Part shown: positions 1 to 10,598 of the stretch, piece by piece
Numbering within the stretch: the stretch's first letter is position 1
How the letters are laid out: each line of letters opens with the position of its first letter
Assembly: GCA_934177995.1 (NCBI GenBank)
Contig: CAKPPW010000005.1
Location: forward strand, 1 to 59,530
Reading direction: 5' to 3'
Source: an uncultured Bacilli bacterium
GTDB lineage: Bacteria > Bacillota_I > Bacilli_A > RF39 > UBA660
Length of the DNA: 59,530 nt
Notes under the pieces: generated by a model
What the model was told of the DNA's origin: nothing
The model's database searches: none
Seen by the model: the letters and a program-made list of their open reading frames with translations, nothing else
Program-made: the position numbers and the translations under genes

Positions 1-78
1 GATATTAATCAGTTAAAAGAAGTGAAAGGAATTGGAGATACTTTATTTGAAAGTATTAAAGATAATATTACACTCTAG
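1..78 (+). CDS. comEA: ComEA-like competence protein, C-terminal fragment (5' end lies outside the window)
   Basis: Frame 1 reads DINQLKEVKGIGDTLFESIKDNITL, then TAG at 76-78. This resembles the terminal helix-hairpin-helix (VKGIG) of ComEA, and comEC follows directly. Confidence 0.55.
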   Translation, partial: DINQLKEVKGIGDTLFESIKDNITL

Positions 79-2026
79 ATTATTACTTATTATTCTTTTA
101 ATTATTACCCTCATATACACTACCATTTTGAACATGACATCAGTAAGTTATGAGAAAGGAGAAACAACTCTAACAGGAAAAATTATTAAAAAAAGATTTA
201 CTGATGATCATTTAACCTTCACATTAAAAAATAATAAAACTTTACCACTCACATACTATATAAAAAATAAAAAAGAATTAAAAGAATATAAGAAAATAAC
301 CTTAGGTAGTATTATTAGAGTTACTGGTACTTTAAAAAGTGATAATTATTTAATAGTTAAAAATATTAAAATATTAGAAGAAAATAGAAATATTATCTAT
401 TTTATAAAAGATGGTCTATATAATTATTTATCTTCTTTTGATAGTAGAGTATCTCCTTATTTAAAAGCTTTTATTATAGGAAATAAAGATGATTTATCTT
501 ATAAAGTTAAAAAGTCACTCCAAACTATTGGGATATCTCATTTATTTTCCTTATCAGGAAGTCACTTAGCAATTATCTACTACTTTCTCTATTCGCTATT
601 TAAAAAAAGAAAAATTCATCTAATGATATTACCTCTTTTCCTTTACTATTTAATAATTGATTCTAGTGCTTCCATTTTAAGAGCTTTAATTTTTCTATCG
701 ATTTTTAAACCTAATAAAGAATTTCACTTAGGTCTTTCCACTTTCAATATGCTTATTCTAGCACTTATAGTGCTATTAATTATAAATCCAGCAAGTATTA
801 AAGATATTGGTTTTAATTATTCCTTTGTTATATCATCAGGTCTAATTTTATACTATGATAATAAAAAGCAAGATAAGAAATTATTTAGACTAGTAGAAAC
901 ATCTATACTTGCTTTTTTATTCTCTCTACCTATCTCTCTTTATTATTTCTCTAATGTTAATTTACTTAGTATTATCTATAACTTATTTTATGTTCCATTT
1001 GTAAGTTCTATCCTGTTTCCCTTAACTTTTATAGTAGCTATTTGTCCATTCTTAAGTGGTATTTATTTAGTAGTAGTTAATCTATTTGAAAAAAGTATTT
1101 TTTTCTTTGAAGGAATAAGTATTAATCTAACATTTAGAAAGCTAAGTATTATTATTTATATAATTTATCTATTAATAATATTTATAGCTATTTATAAAAG
1201 AAAAGCACTTTATCTTTTACTAATACTTTTAGTACCACACTATTTTTATAACAGTATAGTAGTAGAAGACAAAATGTATATGATTGATGTAGGACAGGGA
1301 GACAGTATCTTGTTTACTTCTAATAATAAATCTATGCTTTTAGATACCGGAGGTAGTATTACTAGTAGTCTTGATAAGTGGTCAGTAGGAGATGATTTAG
1401 TAACATTTATAAGATCAAAGGGAATAAGAAAAATTGATACTATTTTGATTAGCCATGGTGATATGGATCATATTGGTGAATACTTTAAGATAGTTAAATA
1501 TTTTAGAGTAGATAATATTTATTTAAATAGTAATCAGTTAAATAGTATAGAAAAAAGAGTAGTAACTAATTCCGTGAGTAATAATATAAATATTGCTAGA
1601 TTAAAAAGAGGTGATAGTCTTTCTCTTGGTAACTTTAGCTTTTTAGTAATTAATAATAATTTTACTGATGAAAATGATGCTAGTACAGTTTTATTTGGAA
1701 TGATTTATTCTTCTAAATTATTATTAATGGGAGATGCTGGTGTTAGAAGTGAACAAGATATTATAAGTAGTTATAATCTACCTAAAATTGATATTTTAAA
1801 AGTAGGACATCATGGTTCTAATACATCTTCAAGTAAAAAGTTTATAGATGAGATTAATCCTAAATATTCATTAATTAGTGTTGGTGAAAATAATAGATAT
1901 GGTCATCCGAAGAAGTCAGTACTAAATACTTTAAGTAAGAGTAAGATTTACCGAACTGATAAGGATGGAGATATAGAAATAGAGTTTAATAATAAAGGCT
2001 ATAATATTAGAACTTGTAGTACATAG
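32..2026 (+). CDS. comEC: DNA internalization competence protein ComEC/Rec2
   Basis: 664 aa with an N-terminal OB-like region, a polytopic competence domain and a C-terminal metallo-beta-lactamase domain (MIDVGQGDS, SHGDMDHIG, VGHHGS). Start is uncertain: the TTG at 32 overlaps comEA, and in-frame alternatives are TTG 128 and ATG 134. Confidence 0.85.
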   Translation: MEILYLKVLKIILHSRLLLIILLIITLIYTTILNMTSVSYEKGETTLTGKIIKKRFTDDHLTFTLKNNKTLPLTYYIKNKKELKEYKKITLGSIIRVTGTLKSDNYLIVKNIKILEENRNIIYFIKDGLYNYLSSFDSRVSPYLKAFIIGNKDDLSYKVKKSLQTIGISHLFSLSGSHLAIIYYFLYSLFKKRKIHLMILPLFLYYLIIDSSASILRALIFLSIFKPNKEFHLGLSTFNMLILALIVLLIINPASIKDIGFNYSFVISSGLILYYDNKKQDKKLFRLVETSILAFLFSLPISLYYFSNVNLLSIIYNLFYVPFVSSILFPLTFIVAICPFLSGIYLVVVNLFEKSIFFFEGISINLTFRKLSIIIYIIYLLIIFIAIYKRKALYLLLILLVPHYFYNSIVVEDKMYMIDVGQGDSILFTSNNKSMLLDTGGSITSSLDKWSVGDDLVTFIRSKGIRKIDTILISHGDMDHIGEYFKIVKYFRVDNIYLNSNQLNSIEKRVVTNSVSNNINIARLKRGDSLSLGNFSFLVINNNFTDENDASTVLFGMIYSSKLLLMGDAGVRSEQDIISSYNLPKIDILKVGHHGSNTSSSKKFIDEINPKYSLISVGENNRYGHPKKSVLNTLSKSKIYRTDKDGDIEIEFNNKGYNIRTCST

Positions 2027-2040
2027 AGAGGAAAGCATAG

Positions 2041-2940
2041 ATGATAGAAGAAATTAATGTAACTTATAATCAGATTGAAGAGAAAATTATTAATCATGAA
2101 ATATATCAAAAAGTTAAAGATTATTCAAAGACAAAAGAAAAAATGATGACATATCTCGAAATCGGTAAACTACTTAATAGTATTGACACTAAATATGGAA
2201 AAAGAGTTATAAAAGAATATTCCACTAAATTAGTAAGTAAATTTGGAAAGAAATATAGTATTTCTCTTTTATATAAAATGAAACAATTCTACTCAGTAAT
2301 TGAAAAAGTCCCGACATTGTCGGGAAAATTAACATGGAGTCATTGGTATGAAATGCTTTCCATAAAAGATATTAACAAGATAAAATATTAAGTTAATCAA
2401 TGTGAAATAAATAATATTGATGTTCGTGGTTTAAGAAATATAATTAAATCTAATGAATACGAAAGATTATCAATTGAAACAAAAAATAAGTTAATACAAG
2501 ATGATAAGTTAGAAATAAAAGATTTAGTACCTAATCCTATATTAATTAAAAATAAAAATAATATTGAAATAGCTACTGAAAGGGCATTTCATCATCTAAT
2601 ACTAGAAGACATTGAATTATTTATGAAAGAACTTGGTAATTCATTTAGTTTTATTGGGAGCGAATACAAAATTAAAATAGGGGATAATTACCATAAAATA
2701 GATTTATTGTTATTTAATATAAAATATAATTGCTATGTAGTAGTTGAGTTAAAGGTAACAGAGTTTAAGGTAGAATATATTGCTCAGGTTCAAAAATATA
2801 TGAATTATATAGATAAAAATCTAAAAGAAATAAATAATAATAACACAATAGAAATCTTAATTTGTAAAAAAGAAAATAAATTTGTAATTGAATATTGTTC
2901 AGATAATAGAATTATAGTTAGAAAATATCAAGTAGTATAA
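2041..2940 (+). pseudogene. DUF1016/YhcG-type PD-(D/E)XK nuclease interrupted by one in-frame TAA (2389-2391)
   Basis: ORFs 2041-2391 and 2623-2940 are in the same frame, and the interval 2392-2622 is open and reads VNQCEINNIDVRGLRNIIKSNEYERL... The C-terminal part has the nuclease core (IDLLLFN...VVVELK...QVQKYMNY). Confidence 0.7.
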
Positions 2941-2948
2941 AATATACT

Positions 2949-2977
2949 TTGCAAAAAAAGTAAATGACATTTATAAT
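2949..2977 (+). promoter_or_regulatory. sigma-A type promoter upstream of dnaI
   Basis: TTGCAA (2949-2954), a 17-nt spacer, then TATAAT (2972-2977), about 27 nt before the RBS/ATG at 3004. Confidence 0.45.
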
Positions 2978-3003
2978 AAATCTAGGAACTGAGGTGACTA
3001 AGT

Positions 3004-3909
3004 ATGAAAAATATATCTTTTATGATGAGTAAGGGAAATATAGAAAAATTAAAATATTCTTATATGGATGCCTGTTCTAATAAAGACTTTAAAGATTATG
3101 TAGATTTAATTGATTTAAGTGATGATGAACTTATGAAATATACATCTAAATTAGAAGAATGTGTAATGGAATCTAATCACTGTAAAAATTGTACTGGTCT
3201 AAAGAATTGCAAGAATAGAGTTAATGGCTACTTTTTTAAAGCTTTTCTTGAAAATAGTAAATTAAACTTTTCTTATGTTCCCTGTAAATACTTACTAAAA
3301 GAAGAAGATATTTATAGTTATCAAAAGAAAATAACTTGTTATGACTTACCAGAAGATATTAAAAAGGCTACCTTTAGTAATATTTATAAAGATGATAAGA
3401 AACGTCTTCCTATAATTAAATATTTTAAAGAATTTATTGATACATACTTAAAAGAAGAAAATCCAAAGGGAATTTACTTACATGGTTCTTTTGGAAGTGG
3501 TAAAACATATTTGATTGCTTCACTTTTTAATGAGATGGCTAAGAAAGATATTGCTAGTGTAATGGTTTATTATCCAGAACTACTTAGAAGTTTAAAATCT
3601 AGTTTTGGTAATGATTATGAAGAAAAGTTTACTAAATTAAAAACAGTACCATTATTACTACTTGATGATATTGGAGCAGAAAACACTACTAATTGGAGTA
3701 GAGATGAAGTGTTGGCACCATTACTACAATATAGAATGGAAGAACATCTTCCTACCTTCTTTACCTCTAATTTAACAAAAGAAGAGTTAGAATTAACCTT
3801 GAGTAATACTAATAATGGAATTGATAAGATAAAAGCTAGGAGAATAATCGAAAGAATAAATCAGTTAACAGTAGATTTAGAATTAATTAGTAAAAATAGA
3901 AGAAACTAA
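3004..3909 (+). CDS. dnaI: primosomal helicase loader DnaI (AAA+)
   Basis: 301 aa. The N-terminus has a Cys/His cluster (HCKNCTGLKNCKN). Walker A is GSFGSGKTYL and Walker B is LLLLDDIG, followed by TFFTSN. Confidence 0.75.
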   Translation: MKNISFMMSKGNIEKLKYSYMDACSNKDFKDYVDLIDLSDDELMKYTSKLEECVMESNHCKNCTGLKNCKNRVNGYFFKAFLENSKLNFSYVPCKYLLKEEDIYSYQKKITCYDLPEDIKKATFSNIYKDDKKRLPIIKYFKEFIDTYLKEENPKGIYLHGSFGSGKTYLIASLFNEMAKKDIASVMVYYPELLRSLKSSFGNDYEEKFTKLKTVPLLLLDDIGAENTTNWSRDEVLAPLLQYRMEEHLPTFFTSNLTKEELELTLSNTNNGIDKIKARRIIERINQLTVDLELISKNRRN

Positions 3910-4244
3910 GATTCTTCTATTTTGATGACATCTCCAACCTTATAATAATCATTAACGGAAATTGGTAAAATAAATATTGATTTTACCTTTTTCTTTCTAA
4001 AAATAAACTTTTCGGTTTTGCAGTTTAAATAACAGTAGAGTATTTTATTATTTTCATCTACTTGATAAACATTTACCATTTGACAAAAAAAGTAAGTATT
4101 TATACCTTTTTTCTTTGGGAAATAGTAACCTTCATCTATAGTATCTAAAACAAGTCTTATACTTTTGACTCTATCTTTAAATGAAGATAGAGTTTTTATT
4201 TTAATCTTTTTCTTCCTAATAATTATATATTTCATAGTGATCAC
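3906..4244 (-). CDS. hypothetical small protein (possibly DUF192-like)
   Basis: 112-aa ORF convergent with dnaI. Only a loose resemblance to DUF192; no strong motif. Confidence 0.3.
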   Translation of the reverse strand: MITMKYIIIRKKKIKIKTLSSFKDRVKSIRLVLDTIDEGYYFPKKKGINTYFFCQMVNVYQVDENNKILYCYLNCKTEKFIFRKKKVKSIFILPISVNDYYKVGDVIKIEES

Positions 4245-4334
4245 CTTTATTAGATAATATCAAAAAAAATATTTGTTATCAATTGTTTTTAAATTTGTTT
4301 TATGTTATCCTTTTATTAGAGTAGGTGAGTAACA

Positions 4335-6683
4335 ATGAAGAAATTTAGAAAGAGTAAAAATAAAAAGGGATTTACTTTTGTAGAGTTACTTAGTGTCATA
4401 GTGATTCTTTCTATTCTAGCAACAATTGGAATAGCAACAGCTAATCATTTTCTATCTTCTGCTAAAGAGAAATACTATAAGTCTCAAGAGGGATTAATTA
4501 CTCTAGCTGGTAAACAATATTTTACTGATTATAGAAATGAATTACCAAAAGAAATTGGAGAAAAGACTTCTGTTACTATAGAAACTTTATATTCTAAAAA
4601 ATATTTAGATAAAGTAAAAGATTATAATGGGAAAGAATGTGCAGTTACAGAAGATTCTACAGCCAATAAAGTTTATGCTATAAAAACAGGAACAGGTAAG
4701 TATAAATATTATACCATTTTTAAATGTGCTGATTATATAACTACAGTCGATAATAAAGCTCCTGTTATTAGCCTTACACCATCTTCTGCTACTACGAATA
4801 AGGATATCAATGTAGTTATAAAAATAACTGATAATGTAGGTGTAGACTCATTCTATTATGAAATTATTAAGAATGACGTTACTTATAAAAAAACTAACCC
4901 TGGACCATATACAGATCCTGTTACAATTACGATAAAAGATGAAGGAAAATATATAATTAAAGTAAATGCAACAGATAAAAGTGGTAATACTACTGACAAA
5001 ACTTCTAAAGAGTATGTCATAAATAAAACTGGACCTGATTGTAGTAAGTTTACTATAACTAGTACGAACAATAGTATAAAAGAAAAGTGGCAAAGTAAGG
5101 ATGCAAAATTGAGAATTACACCACCAAGTGATATTAAAAAGTGGGATTTTGAAAGATGCTTTATTGCTACTGATAATAAAACTAAAGTCTGTACTGCTTA
5201 CGGTAGTAATTTAGTAGGAGCTAGAAATAGAGATTTAAAAGGCAGTGAAAAGTTTTATATATCTAATGATGTTACTGACATAGGTGGTGAATCAGGTGAT
5301 ATAGAAAATAACAATAATAATAGTCAAACTGCTGCAACAGCCAAAGTAACTTATAATGATCAAGGACATTTCTATGGACATATTAAAGCATACGATGCAG
5401 TTGGTAACTATTGTGTTCTTGATACAGATACGTACTATATAGATAAAGATTCACCTACTATTAAAGAAATGATCGTTACTAGTAAAATGGAAGACTATAA
5501 CAGTTTAGATGCTTACATTCATTTATCTATTGAGGATAGAAGTGATAAAACAGATAGTAAATTATATTATATGATTTCTAACAATTCGGATTTCAAGGAT
5601 AGTACTTGGCAAATTTATAAGGAAAATTCTGATGGATATCAAAATGTTGATTGGGTTTTTGATGGTGAATATGATGGTAAGGAAAGAACTGTATATATTA
5701 AAGTTAAAGATGAACTAGAAAATATCAGTGATACTTATACAACCTATTATACTGTTTATAAAGAATGTGAAAGTGATAATCTAGAAGAACAAGAAACTAC
5801 TGGAAGTTGTAGTGGTAGCTGCGGAAGTCAAAAAATAACAACAACTATAAAGAGTATTGATGTTAATACTAAAAAACAATGCAGTACTAGAACTGAGGCA
5901 GAGACTTGTTCTACAGAAGAATGTAATACTCCTTCTTGTTCTATAACATTATCAGGTGGGACTGTTGGTACTAATGGTTGGTATCGTGGTGGAACAATAA
6001 CTTATACCTTAAAACCTAATAAAGCAGCAACATCGTATGGAATTGGAGGATATAATAGTAAAAAGACAGGAACCATAAATAGTAATGGAACACATAAGAT
6101 AGTTGGTTATGTTAAAAATAGTGCTGGAGACGAAGTAAAATGTACTAAGGTAATAAAGTATGATAAAACTGCTCCAACTTGTACCCACAACACTGAAAAT
6201 ACAACTTGGACTAATAAAAATTATCGTGTCTATAAAGGTTGTGCTGATACTGGTGGCAGTGGATGCGTTAAACAGTACTTTGCTGATGCTGTCATAAACT
6301 ATACTAAAAAATTTCAAAACTTTAGTGCTTATACAGTTAAAGATAGGGCAGGAAACTCAAGAAATTGTCCGGCAGTGAAATTAAGAATTAATGTTGATAA
6401 AACTGTTCCTAGTGTAACTATAACCAAACATACTAATTATAGGGGGTCAGAATGTATTGATAATCCAACTAAGCTATATAAAAATCGTTATAGGGTTTTA
6501 ATGTCTGATAGTGCTTCAGGATTGAAAGTAACTTCTTGTGCTTGGGAAAAACCAACGGTAACTAGAAGTGATCCTTGGATAAGATATGAGACTATTGGTG
6601 AAAATCTTTGTCAAGATTCAATAGGAGTTAGTTGTAAAGCGTGTGATTTTGCAGGAAATTGTAAGACGGTTTCTAAAAATTAG
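4335..6683 (+). CDS. large modular type IV pilin / pseudopilin with Ig-like repeats and a Cys-rich C-terminus
   Basis: Class III signal MKKFRKSKNKKG|FTFVELLSVIVILSILATIG with Glu at +5. Followed by repeated D-K-x-x-P boundaries (DNKAPVIS, NKTGPDCS, DKDSPTIK, DKTAPTCT, DKTVPSVT) and D-x-x-GN motifs (ATDKSGN, AYDAVGN, VKDRAGN, CDFAGN). RBS AGGTGAG precedes the ATG. Confidence 0.75.
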   Translation: MKKFRKSKNKKGFTFVELLSVIVILSILATIGIATANHFLSSAKEKYYKSQEGLITLAGKQYFTDYRNELPKEIGEKTSVTIETLYSKKYLDKVKDYNGKECAVTEDSTANKVYAIKTGTGKYKYYTIFKCADYITTVDNKAPVISLTPSSATTNKDINVVIKITDNVGVDSFYYEIIKNDVTYKKTNPGPYTDPVTITIKDEGKYIIKVNATDKSGNTTDKTSKEYVINKTGPDCSKFTITSTNNSIKEKWQSKDAKLRITPPSDIKKWDFERCFIATDNKTKVCTAYGSNLVGARNRDLKGSEKFYISNDVTDIGGESGDIENNNNNSQTAATAKVTYNDQGHFYGHIKAYDAVGNYCVLDTDTYYIDKDSPTIKEMIVTSKMEDYNSLDAYIHLSIEDRSDKTDSKLYYMISNNSDFKDSTWQIYKENSDGYQNVDWVFDGEYDGKERTVYIKVKDELENISDTYTTYYTVYKECESDNLEEQETTGSCSGSCGSQKITTTIKSIDVNTKKQCSTRTEAETCSTEECNTPSCSITLSGGTVGTNGWYRGGTITYTLKPNKAATSYGIGGYNSKKTGTINSNGTHKIVGYVKNSAGDEVKCTKVIKYDKTAPTCTHNTENTTWTNKNYRVYKGCADTGGSGCVKQYFADAVINYTKKFQNFSAYTVKDRAGNSRNCPAVKLRINVDKTVPSVTITKHTNYRGSECIDNPTKLYKNRYRVLMSDSASGLKVTSCAWEKPTVTRSDPWIRYETIGENLCQDSIGVSCKACDFAGNCKTVSKN

Positions 6684-6694
6684 GGAGGTTTATC

Positions 6695-7096
6695 ATGAAT
6701 AAAAATAAAGTAATTAGTATAATTTTTATAGTTGTTGGAATATCATTACTGATAATTGGTTTAACTTTTTCAACCAAGAAAAAAGATACGGAAAACAAAG
6801 ATGAGTTTATGATGAATACTACTCAATTCTTTGATGGAATAACCTGTTATAGTAATATATGCTTAAGCAATTTAAAGATAAGTAATAGTTCAACTAAGGA
6901 TACAGAAGTAGAATTTGATTTGACTAATAATAATAAAACAACTGTTACAGCCTCCAAATTAGGATTAAGGTTTGATACAGGTGATAAAATATCATTTTCA
7001 TATAAAAATCTAAACTCTAATGAAACTGTGAAGATAAAAGTAAAGACTAAAAACAATTTAAGTGAAGTAATGACTTATAAACTAGAAAGGGACTAG
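6695..7096 (+). CDS. hypothetical membrane-anchored protein
   Basis: 133 aa with an N-terminal TM helix (VISIIFIVVGISLLIIGLTF) and RBS GGGAGG. Sits immediately downstream of the large pilin gene. Confidence 0.5.
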   Translation: MNKNKVISIIFIVVGISLLIIGLTFSTKKKDTENKDEFMMNTTQFFDGITCYSNICLSNLKISNSSTKDTEVEFDLTNNNKTTVTASKLGLRFDTGDKISFSYKNLNSNETVKIKVKTKNNLSEVMTYKLERD

Positions 7097-7172
7097 AGAA
7101 AGTTCTTTTCTTTTGCTCTTTTAAAGATATAAAAAATATGTTATCATATTATGGAAAAGAGGAGTGAGATAA

Positions 7173-7895
7173 ATGAGTGGACATTCTAAATGGGCAACTA
7201 TTCATCGTAAAAAAGGATTAATAGATGCTGCTAGAGGAAAAGTATTTCAAAAATTAGCAAAAGAATTATATGTTGCTGCTAAACAAGGAACACCTGATCC
7301 TGATGCTAATCCGAGTTTAAGATTAGTAGTTGAGAAAGCAAAAGCGGCTAATATGCCAAAAGATAATATTCAAAAGGCTATTGATAAAGCAAAGGGAGCT
7401 AGTGATAATGAACACTATGATGTTGTTCGTTATGAAGGGTATGGTCCTTCAGGAACAGCTTTTATGGTTGATTGTTTAACCGATAATAGAAATAGAACCG
7501 CATCTTTTGTAAGAAGTACCTTTACAAAACATGGAGGAAACTTAGGAACAGATGGTTCTGTTAGTTATTTGTTTGACCGAGTTGGTTTAATTGAGATTCC
7601 TAATGATTATGATGAAGATGAAGTGATGATGACATCTCTTGATGCTGGAGCACTTGATATGGAAAAACTAGATGAAAGTTATATGATTACTACTAAACCA
7701 GAAGACTTTATTAAAGTAAAAGATGCTCTAGCTAATATGGGAGTAGCTGAGTTTTTAACATCAGAAGTTACTTATGTTGCACAAAACGAAGTAGAAGTTG
7801 ATGATGAGACAAGGGAGAAAGTAGAAAAGTTATATGAACTTTTAGAAGATATTGATGATGTACAAAGTGTATATTGTAATATAAAGGAAAACTAG
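7173..7895 (+). CDS. yebC: YebC/PmpR family transcriptional regulator
   Basis: 240 aa starting MSGHSKWATIHRKKG..., the hallmark N-terminus of the family. Confidence 0.9.
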   Translation: MSGHSKWATIHRKKGLIDAARGKVFQKLAKELYVAAKQGTPDPDANPSLRLVVEKAKAANMPKDNIQKAIDKAKGASDNEHYDVVRYEGYGPSGTAFMVDCLTDNRNRTASFVRSTFTKHGGNLGTDGSVSYLFDRVGLIEIPNDYDEDEVMMTSLDAGALDMEKLDESYMITTKPEDFIKVKDALANMGVAEFLTSEVTYVAQNEVEVDDETREKVEKLYELLEDIDDVQSVYCNIKEN

Positions 7896-7903
7896 GTGTT
7901 AAT

Positions 7904-8464
7904 ATGTATGATTATATGATTGGGACTGTTAAAGAAATTAATTCTAATAGCATAGTATTAGAAAACAACAACATTGGTTATCTTATCTATACACCTAATC
8001 CTTTTTCTTTTGAAGAAGGAAAAGACTATAAGATATATTTATATCAACAGATAAAAGAAGATGAACATCTCTTATTTGGTTTTAAAGAGAAAAATGATAA
8101 AGAAATGTTTTTAAAACTAATAGGGGTTAAAGGACTAGGCCCTAAAATGGCTCTTCCAATACTTGCAACCGGAAGTTTAGCCGGAATAAAAGATGCGATT
8201 GAAAGAGAAAATATTTTATATCTTAAGAAATTCCCAAAGATAGGAGATAAACTAGCTAAGCAAATAGTACTAGACTTAAAAGGTAAACTAGATGACTTTA
8301 AAGACTTAGATAGTGTTAGAACAGACTCTCTTATGGAAGTGCATGATGCTTTGCTTGGTCTTGGTTATAAAGAAAAAGAAATTAAGAGTGTACTTGCTAA
8401 AGTAGATAGTAGTTTAAGTATTGAAAATCAAATTAAACAAGCTTTAAGTTTATTTCTAAAATAG
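7904..8464 (+). CDS. ruvA: Holliday junction DNA helicase subunit RuvA
   Basis: 186 aa with MYDYMIGTV...VLENNNIGY and HhH motifs (GVKGLGPKMA, KFPKIGDKLA). Sits upstream of ruvB. Confidence 0.9.
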   Translation: MYDYMIGTVKEINSNSIVLENNNIGYLIYTPNPFSFEEGKDYKIYLYQQIKEDEHLLFGFKEKNDKEMFLKLIGVKGLGPKMALPILATGSLAGIKDAIERENILYLKKFPKIGDKLAKQIVLDLKGKLDDFKDLDSVRTDSLMEVHDALLGLGYKEKEIKSVLAKVDSSLSIENQIKQALSLFLK

Positions 8465-8473
8465 AAGTAGGAG

Positions 8474-9502
8474 GTGGTAGTTGTGGATGATAGAGTAGTT
8501 AGTGGTGAAGAACAAATGGATGATGAAGTGTTAGAATCTAGTATACGTCCTTTAGTACTTGATGAGTATATTGGTCAAAGTGAAGTTAAAGAAAATATTC
8601 ATGTCTTTATAGAAGCAGCTAAGATGAGAAATGAGACATTAGATCATGTTTTATTATATGGTCCTCCTGGACTTGGTAAAACAACTCTTGCTTATATAAT
8701 AGCTAGAGAAATGGGAGTTAATATAAAAACAGCTAGTGGTCCATCTATTGAAAAAAGTGGTGATTTAGCAGCTATTTTATCAACCTTAGAGCTAGGTGAT
8801 GTCTTATTTATTGATGAGATTCACAGAATGCCAAGGTATATCGAAGAAATATTATATCCAGCGATGGAAGACTTTACTCTTGATATAATTATTGGTAGTG
8901 AAGGAAACTCTAGAAATATAAAAATTGACTTACCACCTTTTACCTTAGTTGGAGCAACAACTAGAGCAGGTGACTTATCAAGTCCTTTAAGAGATAGATT
9001 TGGAATAGTTTCTAAACTTAAGTTTTATACCGATGATGAGTTGAGTGCTATTGTTAAGCGAACTAGTAGAGTCTTGAAGATGGATATTACCGATGAAGCT
9101 GCTTTAGAACTTGCTAAGCGAAGTAGAGGAACACCAAGAATTGCTAATCGTTTATTTAAAAGAGTAAGAGACTTTGCCTTAGTTGATAAAAAAGAGGTAA
9201 TTGATTTAGAAGTGATGCAGAAAGCTTTAGATAGATTAAAAGTAGATAAAGGTGGTCTTGATGAAGCTGATCATCAACTATTAAGAGCTATTATTGAAAG
9301 ATTTAATGGTGGGCCAGTTGGTATTGAGGCTTTAGCTAGTAGTATTGGGGAAGAAGTATCAACGATAGAAGATGTTATGGAACCATATCTATTACAAGAA
9401 GGATACTTGAAAAGGACTTCTAGAGGAAGATGCGTTACACCTAAAGCATATGAACAGTTAGAGATAAGCTATCAGAATAATTTATTTGGGGGGATGATTT
9501 AG
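8474..9502 (+). CDS. ruvB: Holliday junction DNA helicase RuvB
   Basis: Motifs [27 protein letters not shown] and GTPRIANRL. Start is uncertain (GTG 8474 or GTG 8483 after GGAGGTGG). Confidence 0.92.
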   Translation: MVVVDDRVVSGEEQMDDEVLESSIRPLVLDEYIGQSEVKENIHVFIEAAKMRNETLDHVLLYGPPGLGKTTLAYIIAREMGVNIKTASGPSIEKSGDLAAILSTLELGDVLFIDEIHRMPRYIEEILYPAMEDFTLDIIIGSEGNSRNIKIDLPPFTLVGATTRAGDLSSPLRDRFGIVSKLKFYTDDELSAIVKRTSRVLKMDITDEAALELAKRSRGTPRIANRLFKRVRDFALVDKKEVIDLEVMQKALDRLKVDKGGLDEADHQLLRAIIERFNGGPVGIEALASSIGEEVSTIEDVMEPYLLQEGYLKRTSRGRCVTPKAYEQLEISYQNNLFGGMI

Positions 9503-10540
9503 ATGAGATTAGATGAATTTGATTATGATTTAGATAAAGAGTTAATTGCTCAAACACCACTTGAAAAAAGAGATAGTTCAAGACTTATGGTGTTAGATTG
9601 TAAAGATAAAACAATAGAAGATAAGATGTTTCCTGATTTATTGTCTTATTTAGAAAAAGGAGATACTTTGGTTTTAAATAATACTAAAGTATTGCCAGCT
9701 AGATTAATTGGCGAGAAAGAAAGTACTAAAGCGGTAATTGAATTATTATTACTTAAAAATATAGAAGGAGATATCTGGGAGTGTCTTACTAAACCAGCTA
9801 AGAGGATTCATGTTGGTGATAAAATATTTTTTGGAGATGGTTTGTTAGTAGCAACTTGTAAAGAGATTGGCGAAGAAGGTATTAGAGTAGTAGAGTTTAG
9901 TTATGAAGGAATATTCTATGAAGTTTTAGATGAGCTTGGTACTATGCCGCTACCACCTTATATTCATGAGACATTAAAAGATCAGTCAAGATATCAGACT
10001 GTTTATGCTAAAGAAATAGGTAGTGCTGCAGCACCTACTGCCGGTTTACATTTCACTAAAGAGTTATTAGAAAAGATTAAAGAAATGGGTGTTAATATTG
10101 CCTATGTAACTTTACATGTTGGTCTTGGAACTTTCCGTCCCGTAACAGAAGATATAATAGAAGATCATAAGATGCATTCAGAGTATTACTCTATGGATAA
10201 AGATACTGCTGACTTACTTAGAAAGACTAGAGAAAGTGGTAAAAGAATAATAGCGGTAGGAACAACTTCAACTAGAGTACTTGAAACAATTTATGAAAAG
10301 TATGGAACCTTTAAGGAAGATAGTGGTTTTACTACTTTGTTCTTATATCCATCAAAGAGTGTTGATTCGATAGATGGCTTAGTAACTAACTTTCATTTAC
10401 CTAAATCAACACTACTTATGTTAGTATCTGCTATAGCTACTAAAGAGTTTATCTTAAAAGCATATAATCATGCAGTAAAAGAAAGATATAGATTTTTCTC
10501 TTTTGGAGATGCTATGTTAATACTTAAAAATAATAATTAA
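9503..10540 (+). CDS. queA: S-adenosylmethionine:tRNA ribosyltransferase-isomerase QueA
   Basis: 345 aa with [41 protein letters not shown] and VGTTSTR. Confidence 0.92.
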   Translation: MRLDEFDYDLDKELIAQTPLEKRDSSRLMVLDCKDKTIEDKMFPDLLSYLEKGDTLVLNNTKVLPARLIGEKESTKAVIELLLLKNIEGDIWECLTKPAKRIHVGDKIFFGDGLLVATCKEIGEEGIRVVEFSYEGIFYEVLDELGTMPLPPYIHETLKDQSRYQTVYAKEIGSAAAPTAGLHFTKELLEKIKEMGVNIAYVTLHVGLGTFRPVTEDIIEDHKMHSEYYSMDKDTADLLRKTRESGKRIIAVGTTSTRVLETIYEKYGTFKEDSGFTTLFLYPSKSVDSIDGLVTNFHLPKSTLLMLVSAIATKEFILKAYNHAVKERYRFFSFGDAMLILKNNN

Positions 10541-10546
10541 AATTTC

Positions 10547-10575
10547 TTGAAACACATTAAGAAATAAGGTATAAT
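10547..10575 (+). promoter_or_regulatory. sigma-A type promoter upstream of tig
   Basis: TTGAAA (10547-10552), a 17-nt spacer, then TATAAT (10570-10575). Confidence 0.5.
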
Positions 10576-10598
10576 AAGCCTATTGGAGGAGGAAGAGT

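Noticed and set aside
4848-6317. Minus-strand ORFs 4848-5093, 4883-5071 and 6009-6317 inside the large pilin gene
   Set aside because: They are fully embedded antisense to a long, well-supported CDS. They have low-complexity hydrophobic translations typical of AT-rich antisense frames and no RBS.
6847-7056. Minus-strand 69-aa ORF
   Set aside because: Embedded antisense in the 6695-7096 CDS, with no start context.
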